Shown here: piece after piece, positions 43,750 through 56,254 of the stretch
Position numbering within the stretch: the first letter of the stretch is position 1
Layout: the number at the start of each line of letters is the position of its first letter
From: an uncultured Gemmatimonadales bacterium
Lineage (GTDB): Bacteria; Gemmatimonadota; Gemmatimonadetes; Gemmatimonadales; Gemmatimonadaceae
DNA: 64,000 nt
Assembly: GCA_963850905.1 (NCBI GenBank)
Contig: CAWKMU010000003.1
Location: 2,656,001-2,720,000 of the forward strand
Direction of reading: 5' to 3'
Program-made: the position numbers and the translations under genes
Notes under the pieces: model-generated
What the model was told of the DNA's origin: nothing
What the model saw: only the letters and a program-made list of their open reading frames with translations
Databases searched by the model: none

Positions 43750-44359
43750 ATGATAGCTGCCCCAATGCAGACCGTGTCGGCTCCTGGGACCCGAGGCCTG
43801 GACCACGAGACCGCCCTTGCTGCGCGCATCCGCGCCGGCGATGAGGAGGCATTCGAGACTGTGTTTCGGTCTCACGCCGTGCGGCTGGCTGATTTTGCGT
43901 GCGCATTCCTGGGGTCGAGAGATGATGCGGAAGATGTGGTGCAAGCCATTCTTTACAAGGCTGTGGTTGACGCGCGATCGCTTGGACCCGCGAGCGCCCT
44001 TGGCTGCCCACTTGACGTTGGCGACTCGCAACGAGGTCAGGGATCGGATCAAGCACAATCGCGTCGTCGCTCGCTGGCAAGCCGAAGTCCTCCAGCATGG
44101 GTCGCACTTCGGTTCGGCTGTCACCCCAGGATGCGACGACGAGTTCGATGCGCGCGACACTGCAGCCGCGATCTGCGCGAGCGTCGCCGCTTTCCCACCG
44201 CAGCGACGTGCCGCCTGCACACTGCGCTGGGTACACGGTCTCTCCTATAGCGAGATCGCGACGAAACTCCACATCGCTCCTCGGACGGTTGAGCGCCACC
44301 TCGCCTTGGCGTACAAAGCGCTCCGAACCTATCTACCGATGATCCGACCGCGGCGATAG
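43750..44359 (+). CDS. FecI-like ECF sigma factor (frameshift near 43950)
   Basis: GDEEAFETVF, AEDVVQ, GLSYSEIATKLHIAPRTVERHL. Confidence 0.85.
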
Positions 44360-44447
44360 CTGTCGGTTCAGCCAGTGGGTGGTCGATTGTGGGTTTGCGA
44401 CCCCTCAGTCGTTACTTGAGTGTGGAGACTCAAGACGACAGGCGTCG

Positions 44448-45500
44448 ATGAATTCGCGTGACTCGGTTGATTGGATCCTGGTCGACCGCTTTCTGGCCGG
44501 AGAATGCTCCCCGGCGGAAGCAGAGAGCGTTCGAGAGCGAGCACGCTCGGACCCGGCATTCGCGGCGCACCTCGACTCGGCACGATTCGTCCGCGACGCG
44601 CAGCGCGCAGCGCATGGCCGTTCCAATGTCGATCGGATGTGGCGGGCCGTACTCGCCGCGACGAGCGCCGCCGGTGACCCCGCAAAGCCGCACAAGCGCG
44701 AGCCGCCGGTGCAAGCTTTCCGAGTCGTCCCGCCGCAACCCGGGGGATGGTGGCGACGGCGCTCCTTTGCAGCAGCAGCTGCGTGCGCGCTTGGCCTCGT
44801 AGGCGTTGCGTCGTTCTTCATCGCCGATCGCCCTGCGACCGAGCAAAGCCTAACGACCACAACCCGTGACTACGCGGCGGGACCGCAAGAGCGAGCAGCC
44901 ATCGAACTGCCCGACGGCACGCACGTCCTTCTTGCACCAGGCAGCCACTTGAAGGTGCCAGCAGACTTCTCGCGCGAACGCCAGGTCAATCTGGACGGCG
45001 AGGCCGAATTCAGCGTGGTTCACAATACGCGACGTCCTTTTAGTGTCCGCACGGCACAAACGGTTACGCGCGATGTCGGAACGGCGTTCGATCTACAGGC
45101 GTACGCCGAGAGTGGGACGACTCGAGTGATTGTCACCGAGGGAACGGTGGACGTCGGTGGTCTGTCAGTGAAGGCAGGTCAGGCCGCTGTAGTCACGGCG
45201 CACGCGCCGCCCGCCATCATCCCCCGCGTGCATCCAGACGAGGACTTGGGCTGGACTCGCGGGCAGCTGGTCTTTGACGCCACGCGAGTGTCGGACGCAG
45301 CGACCATTATCAGCCGATGGTATGCCGTTGATGTGCGGGTTCCCGACTCCGCGCTTGGCGCACGTCACGTGACGGCGCGCTTTACAAATCCTTCGGTCGA
45401 CCAGGTACTTGCCAGTCTGGCGTCGACGCTCAATGTGCGCGTCGATCGGACTGATCTGACAATAACGCTGTTACCGCAGGAGTCGAGGTCAACTAAATAG
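44448..45500 (+). CDS. FecR-family anti-sigma/signal transducer
   Basis: TM segment, LPDGTHVLL, LDGEAEFSV, VGTAF, VTEGTV, WTRGQLVF. Confidence 0.9.
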   Translation: MNSRDSVDWILVDRFLAGECSPAEAESVRERARSDPAFAAHLDSARFVRDAQRAAHGRSNVDRMWRAVLAATSAAGDPAKPHKREPPVQAFRVVPPQPGGWWRRRSFAAAAACALGLVGVASFFIADRPATEQSLTTTTRDYAAGPQERAAIELPDGTHVLLAPGSHLKVPADFSRERQVNLDGEAEFSVVHNTRRPFSVRTAQTVTRDVGTAFDLQAYAESGTTRVIVTEGTVDVGGLSVKAGQAAVVTAHAPPAIIPRVHPDEDLGWTRGQLVFDATRVSDAATIISRWYAVDVRVPDSALGARHVTARFTNPSVDQVLASLASTLNVRVDRTDLTITLLPQESRSTK

Positions 45501-45518
45501 CGTTTCGCGGGAGGCGGC

Positions 45519-48500
45519 ATGCATCACTGCAGGACTGTGAAGGGCATGTTCGTGGTCGGAGGCGCACTGCTCGCGGCAGCTGCCCCGACACGCGCAAAGG
45601 GCGCCCAGGATACAACGGGCGGTACTCCGGCAACGCAGCTTGCCATACTGACCGCCAGCCCGACGCCATCGTTCTTTGAAAGGACGGGCAGCCGCCGCAC
45701 CACGGTGAATGGCGCAATAGTGCCGGGTTTCCAACGCCGGGTGTCGCTCTCACTCGTGGATGTACCGGTCGCCGATGCCATCCGACGGATTTCGGAAGAA
45801 GCAGGCCTCGATTTTACCTACAGCCCTGAAATCTTCCCCGAAGGGGCCAGTGTCTCGCTCCGGGCGGAAGACATAACGGTCGTTGCAGCACTAACGGACG
45901 TGCTGCTCAATACTCAGGTAGACGTCGAAGTCACCCGCGACGGGCATGTGAACTTCGTCAAGCGTGCCGCCGCGAAACGCCAGCAGGGCCGCATCACGGG
46001 ACGGGTGATTGACGCAGACACACATCTCGGCATTCCAGCAGCGCCAGTGACCGTCACAGGGACAACGATCGGTGTAACCACGAGCGACAGTGGGACCTTT
46101 GCCCTCCCAATGCCACCGGACGCGAGGACCCTGTCGGTGCGACGCATCGGGTACCTCGCCCAGGTTGTGGCCCTCGAGACCGGAAAATCCTATTACGAGA
46201 TTGCGCTCCAACACGACGTCTTGCGGCTTCAGGCCGAGGTCGTGACCGGCGTCGCGACGACGGTGGCTTCTCAGAACGCGGCCAATGCGGTGGCCGTCGT
46301 CAATTCTCAGGACATCAACGAGGTTCCTGCCCCGACAATGGAGAATTCGATTCAGGGCAAGATACCAGGGGCCGTCGTTACGACGAACAACAGTGGCGCA
46401 CCCGGGGGCGGACTGCAGATCCAGGTGCGTGGAATCACTTCCATCAACGGAAATGCCCTTCCGCTCTACGTCATCGATGGGGTTGTGGCCAACAACGAGA
46501 CGATCAATGCCGGTGACAACGCCATTGACCGCGGCGGCGGCGGGCAGACATCGACCGGGCAATCGGCTGCGACAGCGCCAAGCGGTCAGGATAACAGCCC
46601 CAACCGAATGGCTGACATCAATCCCGACGACATCGAGTCGATCGAGGTCCTGAAAGGAGCGTCGGCATCGGCGATTTATGGCTCCAAGGCATCGGCCGGC
46701 GTGGTCATCATCACGACCAAGCACGGGACAAGCGGCAAGCCGAAGTGGAGCCTCAACAACCAGGTTGGCCACTTCGCCCTATCGAACACGTATCCGGATC
46801 GGAGCTTCCCCACGCTAGCGGGCGCTCAAGCGTGGTACGTGAACGATGTGACTCGCGACAAAACTGCGGGTGCCATCGCTGCCGACAACTCGTTCATCAG
46901 CAGCTTGTACGCCGGACCGCAGGATTATCAGACACAACTCTTCGCCAACCCCCAAGCCGCCTACCAGACGAACCTGAGCGTGAGTGGTAGCGTGGGCAAG
47001 GCACAGTACTACTTGTCGGGGCTTTCGAAGTACGACAACGGCACGATGTACAACACGGGCTACAACAAGCAGTCCGTGCGGGCCAACATCACGCAGGAGG
47101 CCGCGTCGGGTCTGACGGTGGCCGCCAATTTAAACTACATCCACGACGTCACACGCCGCGGCATCACGGGTAACGACAACATTGGCATCAGCCCCTACGA
47201 CGTCTTCTCCTACACACCGGGGTTCTTGGCGCTCGATAAGGTGAACGCGGACGGCTCGTGGCCTCATAACTACTTTGGTCCCGCCAACCCGTTCGCCGAT
47301 GCCTATGAGATCCAAACGCCGCAGCAAGTGAGCCGATTCATCGGTGGTGGCAGCATCAACTGGACGCCGTGGAAGACTGAGCATCAGAGCGTGCAGGCCA
47401 ACTTCATCGGAGGAGCTGACCTCTCGAGTGTGCAGGACTTGCTGTATGCACCACCCGATCTGCAACAGGAGCAGCAACAACCATCTGGATTGCCTGGCAC
47501 AGCGGTGACTAACGGTGCCCAAATCAACTATTTCAATTACTCGATCAGCATCATTCATCGGTTCACCGGATTCTCGTGGCTCGACGCGACGACGTCGGCG
47601 GGATTCGTCCGCGAACGCCGGAGCACCACCAACCCGGTGTCGGTCGGTGAAAACCTGTTAGCCGGAGTCAATTCACCGACGGTCGGCACGGTGCAGCAGA
47701 ACTTCCTCTACAAGACCGCACAGCTCGACCAGTCGCTGTACGCCCAAGAGCAGATTCTCACCCTCGACTCTCGGCTGGCGGTCACCGCCGGCATCACCGC
47801 CGAGCGGTCGACCAACGATGGCGACATCACCAAGTTTTACTACTATCCGCGCTACTCGGCGTCCTACCGGCTGCCGCAGTTCGCCAGCGCGCTGGACGAG
47901 TTGAAGGTGCGCGTGGCGTATGGACAGTCTGGCAACCTGGCGCCCTACGGCGCCCGATATTCGACCCTCAGCCAGACACTCGACGGGGGTGCGAACGGTA
48001 TCGGCGGCAATCTGGAACTCGGCGATTCCCACATCAAGCCGGAATCGGAACAAGAAATCGAGACCGGATTCGACGCTACGTTCTTCCACTCGCGGGCTCA
48101 GCTCTCGGCCACGATCTACCAGAAGCGCCTGACCAGCCTGTTGCTGCAGGCGGGTGTGGCTCCTTCCTATGGGTACACAACGGAGTTTATCAATGGCGGC
48201 GAGTTCACGAACCAGGGGCTCGAGCTCTCGCTGCAGTCCACTCCGATCACGTTGCGGAACGGTTTCACGTGGGTGAACACGCTCACGTTCTTCCGCAACT
48301 ACAGCGTCGTCAACGCCCTGCCGGTGCCGCCGTTTACCGTGGAAAACGAATCCGGATTCGGCAACGGATTTCTCGCTCCGGGGAGGTCGGTATCGGAGAT
48401 TGTGAACCCCAACATCACCGGGGCCGGCGGCCTCCCTCTGTGGGTGGGTGATGTGTCACCCGGAATGCTGGTGAGCTTGGGCAACGAATTCACTTGGAAG

Positions 48501-48918
48501 GCGTTCCGTGTCTACGGGTTCCTCGACTGGAGCCGGGGCGGCAACCAGATCAACGTGACGGACTTTTACTACGATTTCGGCCCAGAGTTGTCCGCCGACT
48601 CGGCGTATGACGCCAGGCAGGTCGCAGCTCTAAACGCCGGCGAAGAGCCCTACACTGAGGGAGCTTCGTTCCTGAAGGTGCGTCAGGTGACGGCCAGCTA
48701 CACTCTGCCCCAGCGCGCGGTCAACCGGATCGGATTCGGCCGGATAAGCAGCGCGCGACTCTCGTTCGGTGGATACAACTTGTGGGGCATCTGACAAGTA
48801 TCACGGCCTCGATCCGGAGGTGAGTTTCGCCGGCGACCAGACGATTCGCGCCGCTGGAGACATCACACCGTACCCGCCAGCACGCAGCTATTTCTTCGGC
48901 CTCGACCTGGGATTCTGA
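45519..48918 (+). CDS. SusC/RagA TonB-dependent transporter with N-terminal STN extension (frameshift near 48790)
   Basis: PLYVIDG, DINPDDIESIEVLKGASASAIYGS, IKPE; the true C-terminus YPPARSYFFGLDLGF is in another frame. Confidence 0.93.
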
Positions 48919-48919
48919 C

Positions 48920-50468
48920 ATGACTCACCTTCGCGAAGGCGACACGCCGAAGCTCGGCCGGCACGCACACCGACCACCGAGTTTCCGAAGGTCTGCGCGG
49001 TACACCCTGTTGGCGACTGCGGCCGCCGCAGTCGCAGTGGCGGCCTGCACGGACAGCGCCGTCCCGTTCCTCACCGGGCCGACGTCTGTTCCAACCACGC
49101 CGACGGGGGTCCAGCAGGCCATTACGGGGCTGTTCAGCTACACGAGAAATGACCAGAAGGCCATCGCGCTCGAGAATGTCGTCGTTCGCGCGAGAGGCGG
49201 CGAATTTCACCAACACCGACTCGCGCTACATCACCTACAGCCTTGGTATCACGCCGATCGGCAACGGGGTGGGCTGGTTCACAACGTGGGCAAACGCATA
49301 CGAAAACATACGTGAGGCCCAGCAAATCTTGGCTTCGTTGCCGAACGTCGTGCCAAGCTATTCGACACAGGACATCGCCGGCATCACTGGGGTGGTCCAG
49401 ACCATTGAGGCCCTCAACTACATGTTCATCGCGTGGGCTCATGACTCGCTTGGGCTCGCGATCATGCAGTCGCCCAATGCTACCGCGCTGGCGCTCGCGG
49501 TGTGCAACGCTGACGGTTTGCGGTACATCATCGCACTGCTCGACTCGGCGAATAGAACCCTCAACACTGTCGGGCCGGTCCCGTTGCCCATCAAGGTGCC
49601 TCCCGGGTTCGCCGCCGTGTCGGCGATCGCCGCGCCAAGCACAACTCTTGGATCTTTCGCGGCATTCAATCGAGCGCTGGCCGCGAAGGCAGGACTGATG
49701 CTCGCCTACGCGATTGCACGTCAACAGCCCGCGTCCACACCGACCCCGGGCTCCGCCGGTACACCCAATGTGACGGCGTTGACGCGCGCCGACAGCGCGG
49801 CGACGGCTTCGGCGCTGTACAATCCCGGCGCGCTGGCACCCAATCCCATTGGGCAGTGGACATACGACAATTACTCGGTGCTGCACGATTTCAGTGCGCA
49901 GTCGGGCGATCAGACAAACCCGATCAACGGTGTCGTCGGGACACAGGCCGTGCTCGATGACGTGCCCAGTGACCAAGACACGGTGAACGACCTGCGTTGG
50001 AAGGCCAAGTTCTTGCTCAATCCGAACCCCGTCCAAGAGCAGGCGTATAGTTTCGTCGCGTCGAAGTACATCTACGGCATGTATCCAAGTCCTGCGTCAC
50101 CGATCCCCATCGTGCGCAACGAGACGCTCGTGCTGGTGCGGGCGCAGATCCGACTAGGGCTTGGCGATTTCCCCGGCGCTTTGGCGCTGCTCAACGATGT
50201 GAGGACCCAAGTCGGGGGACTGGCGCCAGTGGTTGCGTCGGGCTACGTGGCGGTCCGAGACGCCTTGCTGCGGGAACAACAAATATCGACGCTGATGGAA
50301 GGCGGCGCGGATCGTGTCATTGCGCTCCGCATGTATGGCCTCGAGGCGGTGCTGGACACGACGTGGACGCATACTCAATATGCGCCCGATCTGCACACGA
50401 CCATCGAGCCGATCCCAGAAGCGGAGCTTATCGGGCGCGGCGGCACGTTCAACACCACCTGCAACTAG
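48920..50468 (+). CDS. SusD/RagB-like lipoprotein (frameshift near 49175)
   Basis: VAAC lipobox, PIVRNETLVLVRAQ, LNDVR, PIPEAE; follows SusC. Confidence 0.85.
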
Positions 50469-50628
50469 TGTAGCGATGCGAAAGTCTCGTTCGCCTTCTT
50501 GACTCTGTCGAGAATGGATTGTCACCACGGGAGTTCAGGTGAAAGGGACGGGCGTTCGTTGCGGTGAGCGATCGAGCAGGGGAGGGCGGGTTCGAGTTCG
50601 GCGACGCTCCTGACATGGGGAGGCTTCT

Positions 50629-53600
50629 ATGCTGTCGCGGTGGAAACTCGCAGTGGCTCGCACTTCGGTCGTGCTGGGCCTGGTGTGCCTGTTCGCCGGA
50701 CTTGCGATAGCCCAGGTCAATCCCAACGAGTATGCCGGGCTCGTTTGGCGCAACATAGGCCCCTTCCGCGCCGGCCGCATCTCGGCTGTGAGCGCGCCCG
50801 TTGGACCCGGCCAGGCCGGCATCTTCTACGACGCCCTGCCGGAGGGCGGCGTGTGGAAGACCGAGAACGCCGGCATGACGTGGTTCCCGATCTTCGACGC
50901 CATCAAGACGGTGTCGTCGGTCGGTGCCATCGCGGTGGCGCCCGGCGACCCGAACATCATCTACGCCGGTACGGGCGACCTCGTCGGCGAGGGCGCCATC
51001 GACGAGGGTGACGGCGTGTACAAGTCGACCGACGCGGGCAAGACCTGGGTGCACCTCGGCCTCGAGGCCACCAAGCAGATCCCGGCGCTCATCGTGGATC
51101 CCAAAAATCCCAACATCGTACTGCTGGCGGCCCAAGGCGACGTTCATCACCCCAGCCTTGACCGCGGCATCTTCCGCTCCACCGACGGCGGGCAAACCTG
51201 GAAGCAGGTGCTCTTCCGTAGCGACATCGCCGGCGGGCAGGATGTCGAATTCGCGTATGACAATCCCAACGTCGTCTTCGCCACCACCGTACTGCACATG
51301 AGCGGTACGGGGGGCGGCGCCGGCGCGGGCAATAACGAGACCGCGCTCTACAAGTCCACCGACGAAGGCGCCACGTGGACAGAGGTGAAGGGCGGCGGCC
51401 TGCCCGAGCTGGCCGGGCGCACGAGTGTCGCTGTGGCGGCCAACACCAACTCGCAGCGGGTGTTCCTCGTCGGCGCTTTCGGGTTATGGCGCTCCGATGA
51501 CGGCGGCGCGAACTGGCGCCGTATGAGCACCGATCCTCGCATCAGGGGCAACGGTTATATCTGCGGCGTGATGGTCGACAGCAAGAATCCTGACGTCGTG
51601 TACATCATGAACACCTCGGTCTACCGCTCCACGGACGGCGGCGCCAACTTCGCCGGCTTCAAGGGCGCGCCCGGCGGCGACGATTACCACTTCATCTGGA
51701 TTGATCCGACCGACCCTAACCGTATGTCGCTTGCCAGCGATGAGGGTGCGACGGTCACCCTCGACGGCGGCAGGACCTGGAGCTCGTGGTACAACCAGCC
51801 CACCGCCCAGACATACCACATCGCGATCAATGACGAAATCGCCGGCCTTAACGACTTCATTTACTGGGTGTATGGCACGCAGCAGGATCCGTGCGCCGTC
51901 GCCGAGCGCAACCGCGGCGACTACGGTGAGACCACGCCCTGGGACTGGACGCCGTTCCCCATCTATGAAATCGGCTCCATCGCCCCCGACCCCGATAATC
52001 CCGAAATCGTTTACGGCGCGGGCGGCGATAACGGCATCCTGAAAGTCTGGCTCAAGAGCGGGCAATGGGAGAATTTTGCTCCCAATATCGGCACGACTCG
52101 AGGTGGCATCGGCTGGATTTCCGCAAGAGTATCGAGTTCCCCATGGTGTTCTCGCCGAGCATCACAAAACCCTCTACCTGGGCACGCAATATGTCACCGC
52201 TACATCGAGATGGCGGTGTGCATTGGCGCAACCTGGGTGACAAGGATCTCGCCACCCGCACCCTGACGCCGGAAGAAGCGGCGGCCGTGGCAGCCGCAGG
52301 CCGTTTCGCCATCGGAGGGCATGGCGCCATTTCCTCGATCGCTCCCTCCACGGTAACCGGCAAAGTGATCTGGACAGGCAGCAATAACGGCCTGATCTAC
52401 GTCACGCAGGACGGCGGCACCACCTGGAAAGAGACCGATCTCAAACTGCCCTACAATGCGAACGTCGTCATCATGGACGCTTCGCATTCCGATCCCGCCG
52501 AAGCGTATGCCGGGGTCGATCTCCACGCCGCCGGCACCTATACCCCCTACATCTACCGCACGCGCGATTACGGCGCCCATTGGGATCTCATCACCAACGG
52601 ACTGCCGACGAACGAACCCGCGGGCAGCTTTGTGCGGGTGGTTCGCGAGGACATTGTGAAAAAAGGCCTGCTCTTTGCCGGTACCGAGAGCTCGGTCTAC
52701 GTCTCGTTCAATGACGGCGATCACTGGCAGTCGCTGAAGCTCAATCTGCCAGTCGTTTCCTACCGCGACCTGATCGTGCATGGAAAGGATCTGGTGGCCG
52801 GCACCTTCGGCCGTTCCTTTTGGGTTCTCGACGACATCTCGCCGCTGCGGCAGATCGCGGCCGATCTGCCTTCGAAGACGGCATATCTCTTCAAGCCCAC
52901 CGACACCTATCGCATCCGTAAGGATGTGAACCGCAACACGCCGCTGCCGCCGGAGATCCCGCACGGTCTCAATCCCCCCGACGGCGCGATCCTTTATTAC
53001 TACCTCGCGTCGAAGCCTTCCGGCGAAATCAAGATCGAGATATTCGATTCCGCCAACAACCTGATTCGCTCCTACAGCAGCGCGCCCATCCCGCCGGTGA
53101 CGATCAACCCGCTCCCCAACGTCCCGGACTACTGGTTCTACCGGCCCGAACCGATCCCCACGGAGGTCGGCACCAACCGCATCAACTGGGATCTGCACTA
53201 TACGCGGCCGCCATCGCTCATCCAGAATTACTCGCTGGAGAAATTCGACGCCATCTACCACAACACCGTCTACGACCCGCAGGGGCCGCTCGTGGTTCCC
53301 GGCACCTACACGGTGAAGCTCACCGCCAACGGCACCACCTCAATGCAGACCGTCAGGGTGAAGATGGATCCGCGCGTCGAGGGCCAGGCGACGCAGGCCG
53401 ATCTCGTGGCCATGCACGACCTGTTGATGAAGGTGTACAGGTCCATGTTCACTACCTGGGATGGGTACCAGCAGGTGCGTGACATGCGCGCGCAGCTCAA
53501 AACCATCACCGACGGCCAGCTTCCGCCCCAGGTGGCGAACGCGGCGAGCGAGTTCGACGCCAAGATGGCGGGGATCGAAGGCGAGCTTCCTGCCGCCCAG

Positions 53601-53967
53601 GGCGGGGCGCCAGCGGCCGGGGCCGGACAAGGAGGTCGCGGCGCGACGCCGCAGATCGGCTTCGGCGCTCTGAATATCCAGTTCGGCGGTGACGGTCAGA
53701 CCGGCTACATCAACGCCTTCGGCACGGCCGACGTCGCGCCCACGCCCGCGGAGCGGCGCGCGTATCAGATCAGCTGCACGCATCTGAACAGCGCGATCGC
53801 TGCCTGGACGGCCATCAACAATCAGGATGTCAGCGCCTTCAACACCCTGCTCCGGCAGAACAAACTTTCGCCGCTTCCAGATGCCCACCAAGGCGTTGGC
53901 CACCACCGAGTGCGGCCCGCCGGTGGGCATCGCCCCGCCGGGCACGCCCGCGCTCGCCGCGCGGTAA
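50629..53967 (+). CDS. Secreted BNR/Asp-box (VPS10/sortilin-like) beta-propeller protein (frameshifts near 52.1-52.2 and 53.9 kb)
   Basis: WRNIGPFRAGR, repeated S.DGG.TW Asp-boxes, GTFGRSFWVLD, GPLVVPGTYTV. Confidence 0.85.
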
Positions 53968-54001
53968 GTAGCCGTCAGGCGAGCGGGTTTCGAGTTTTCA
54001 C

Positions 54002-54030
54002 GGGGCGGCCCAAGGGCCGCCCCTTCTTTT
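54002..54030. terminator. Intrinsic terminator between convergent genes
   Basis: GGGGCGGCCC-AA-GGGCCGCCCC-TTCTTTT. Confidence 0.75.
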
Positions 54031-54075
54031 GACTGGCGCGAGTCCGCCTCGCGTGTGCGCCGGCCACCGGCGTCA

Positions 54076-55170
54076 TCACCGCAAGCTCACCTCTTGGTAC
54101 ACGAGGCCAAGCAGCGCCGCCGCCTCATTGTCAAATTCCGCCGCGATTTCCTTGTCGTTTCCGGCAAATCGTTGCCGGAACGGCGTGAGATCCACGCTCC
54201 CCTTGACCTCGTCGAAGCTGCTGAACTTGCCGTGGCCGGATTTCCCCAGCGCGTCGTTCATTTGATCCACCGCGCTTTTCAGGAGATCCCTGGTCAGGTA
54301 AATGTGCGCCTTGTCGTGCAGGACCGGTCCGTGCCCCGGCACGATCGCGGTCGCATCCAGCTGAGCGAGATTCTCGAGCGTGTGGATCCACTCGCTCGGA
54401 TAGCCGTCGAACATGTACGTCAGCGGATACCCAACGAGATCGCCCGCCATCACAATGCGTTCCTTGGGGAGATAGGCCACAGCGTCACCCGCCGTGTTGC
54501 CTCGTCCCAGGAACTTGACCTGAACCTCTCGATTGCCCAAGTCAATGCTGAAGTCGTGATCGAACGCGAGCGTGGCACTCTGGAACCGCGTCTTCGCGAT
54601 CTCCTCCATGACCGGCGCGCGCCGCGCGAGATAATCCCTGATCCTCGCCTTACGGTCGTCCGTCAACGCCGTGCCGTTACCGTCCTTTCCGCTGTCCAGC
54701 GCCTGTTGATTCTCGATGTTGCTCTGTTTCTCCCGCAACTCCGTCGTCGGCCCATAGCGGTCCATATCTTTCTTCGCTTCCACCGTGGCGATGAAGGTCA
54801 CCGCGGGGAAGGCATCCACGTAGGCGCGGTTCGCGAAGTTGTGGTCATTGTGGAAGTGCGTCGTCAGCACAAAGGTGACCGGCTTGTCCGTCCACTGGCG
54901 GATTTGGGCGATGTCTTCGCGGGCAACCGAGGGCATGAATCCGGCATCGACCACGAAGACCTGCCGATCGCCGATGATCACCGTCGTGTTACTGCTCTGG
55001 ACGCCAAGGCGCAGATTCTTGTGCTCGATCTCATAGACGCCGTCGGCGAGCTTTGTCACTTTCCGCTCCGCCTGGCCGCACAGCGGCCGCGCCGCCGCGC
55101 TGAGTCCGAGCGTCACCAGGCACAGGTACGGCCGGAGGGAATTGCCGAGCGAACTGCTGCGAAACGTCAT
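54076..55170 (-). CDS. Secreted metallo-beta-lactamase-fold hydrolase
   Basis: Signal peptide, THFHNDH, MAGD, PGHG. Confidence 0.85.
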   Translation of the reverse strand: MTFRSSSLGNSLRPYLCLVTLGLSAAARPLCGQAERKVTKLADGVYEIEHKNLRLGVQSSNTTVIIGDRQVFVVDAGFMPSVAREDIAQIRQWTDKPVTFVLTTHFHNDHNFANRAYVDAFPAVTFIATVEAKKDMDRYGPTTELREKQSNIENQQALDSGKDGNGTALTDDRKARIRDYLARRAPVMEEIAKTRFQSATLAFDHDFSIDLGNREVQVKFLGRGNTAGDAVAYLPKERIVMAGDLVGYPLTYMFDGYPSEWIHTLENLAQLDATAIVPGHGPVLHDKAHIYLTRDLLKSAVDQMNDALGKSGHGKFSSFDEVKGSVDLTPFRQRFAGNDKEIAAEFDNEAAALLGLVYQEVSLR

Positions 55171-55233
55171 TGGGAGATCTCCGGGAGCGAACGGATGGGT
55201 GGCGCAAATGCGCCAAGATCGCTTCGTCCCGCC

Positions 55234-56148
55234 TCAGAAATCTTGGAGATTCCGGCCATCCAGTGTGAGGTCCGGCGTCGAGGCTGCCGTGGGCTGGGCG
55301 CGGCGCTCGCGATACGCCTGTGTCGGCGTTATCCCGCACAGGTCCTGAAGGTCCCGGGCCAGGTGCGCCTGGTCGCAATACCCGGCTTCAGTGGCAAGGC
55401 GCGGCCAGCATGGACGCTGGCCGCGCGGGGTCCGGTCCGCAGCCGTGACCGCTTGGAGCAGTCGCACGGTCCGGCTAAACGCTTTGAGCGAGACCCCGGC
55501 GTCCCGGCGGACAAGGCGTCGCAGATGCCGGATCGACAAGCCCGTCCAGTCGGCCACGCCATCGAGGGAAAGCCGCCCGCATGTCCGGCGGATCAGGTCC
55601 AGCGCTCGCGTGGCGGTCTCAGGGCGGGGCACGGGCTGACGCTGGGCCCGGCGCACGACCGCCGTGGTCAGGACGGCGAGAGCCTCAGGCGCCGTGAGCG
55701 TCTCGGTCAGTGGCCCGAACACCGACTCCGCAAACCGGGGAAGGACGAGTGACAGGTCATCGCCGAAGTCATCGTGCGCGTCCGGCTCCAATCCGAACAG
55801 CGGCCGGACCCACTCGCGCTTGACCATGACCGCCGCCACTTCGTATCCGGGCCGCAGCGCGAAGAAGTGCGGGGTCACCACGGGACCCAGGAACAGAAGG
55901 CGCGGGCTCACCGGCCGCCCCCCGGGCTCACGGTAGCAGTTAAACGTCAGCCCGAACGCCGGGTCAGGTAATACACGGTGCATCGCGGCGCCAGTCAGCG
56001 GGACCCCAGCCGGCGTGTGGTGGATCCAAACCGCGTCGCTCACGGGCGCGAGCAACGGCGGCGCGACGTACTCCCGATAGCCGCCAACCATGTGCCGCAC
56101 CGGCAGGGATATCGCGCCCGGCTCAGCCGCCATTAACGAGCCCCGCAT
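55234..56148 (-). CDS. AraC-family transcriptional regulator
   Basis: YRE...VLPD N-terminal domain; GLSIRHLRR and AGYCDQAHLARD HTH motifs. Confidence 0.88.
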   Translation of the reverse strand: MRGSLMAAEPGAISLPVRHMVGGYREYVAPPLLAPVSDAVWIHHTPAGVPLTGAAMHRVLPDPAFGLTFNCYREPGGRPVSPRLLFLGPVVTPHFFALRPGYEVAAVMVKREWVRPLFGLEPDAHDDFGDDLSLVLPRFAESVFGPLTETLTAPEALAVLTTAVVRRAQRQPVPRPETATRALDLIRRTCGRLSLDGVADWTGLSIRHLRRLVRRDAGVSLKAFSRTVRLLQAVTAADRTPRGQRPCWPRLATEAGYCDQAHLARDLQDLCGITPTQAYRERRAQPTAASTPDLTLDGRNLQDF

Positions 56149-56254
56149 AATGCTTCATTCTGGCATGGCTCAAAGAAGCCGGAAATAGGGATACGTACCG
56201 CGACACCCGTCGTACAACGTGATCGAGCCGGCGCCCCCCCTCCATCGAATCACC

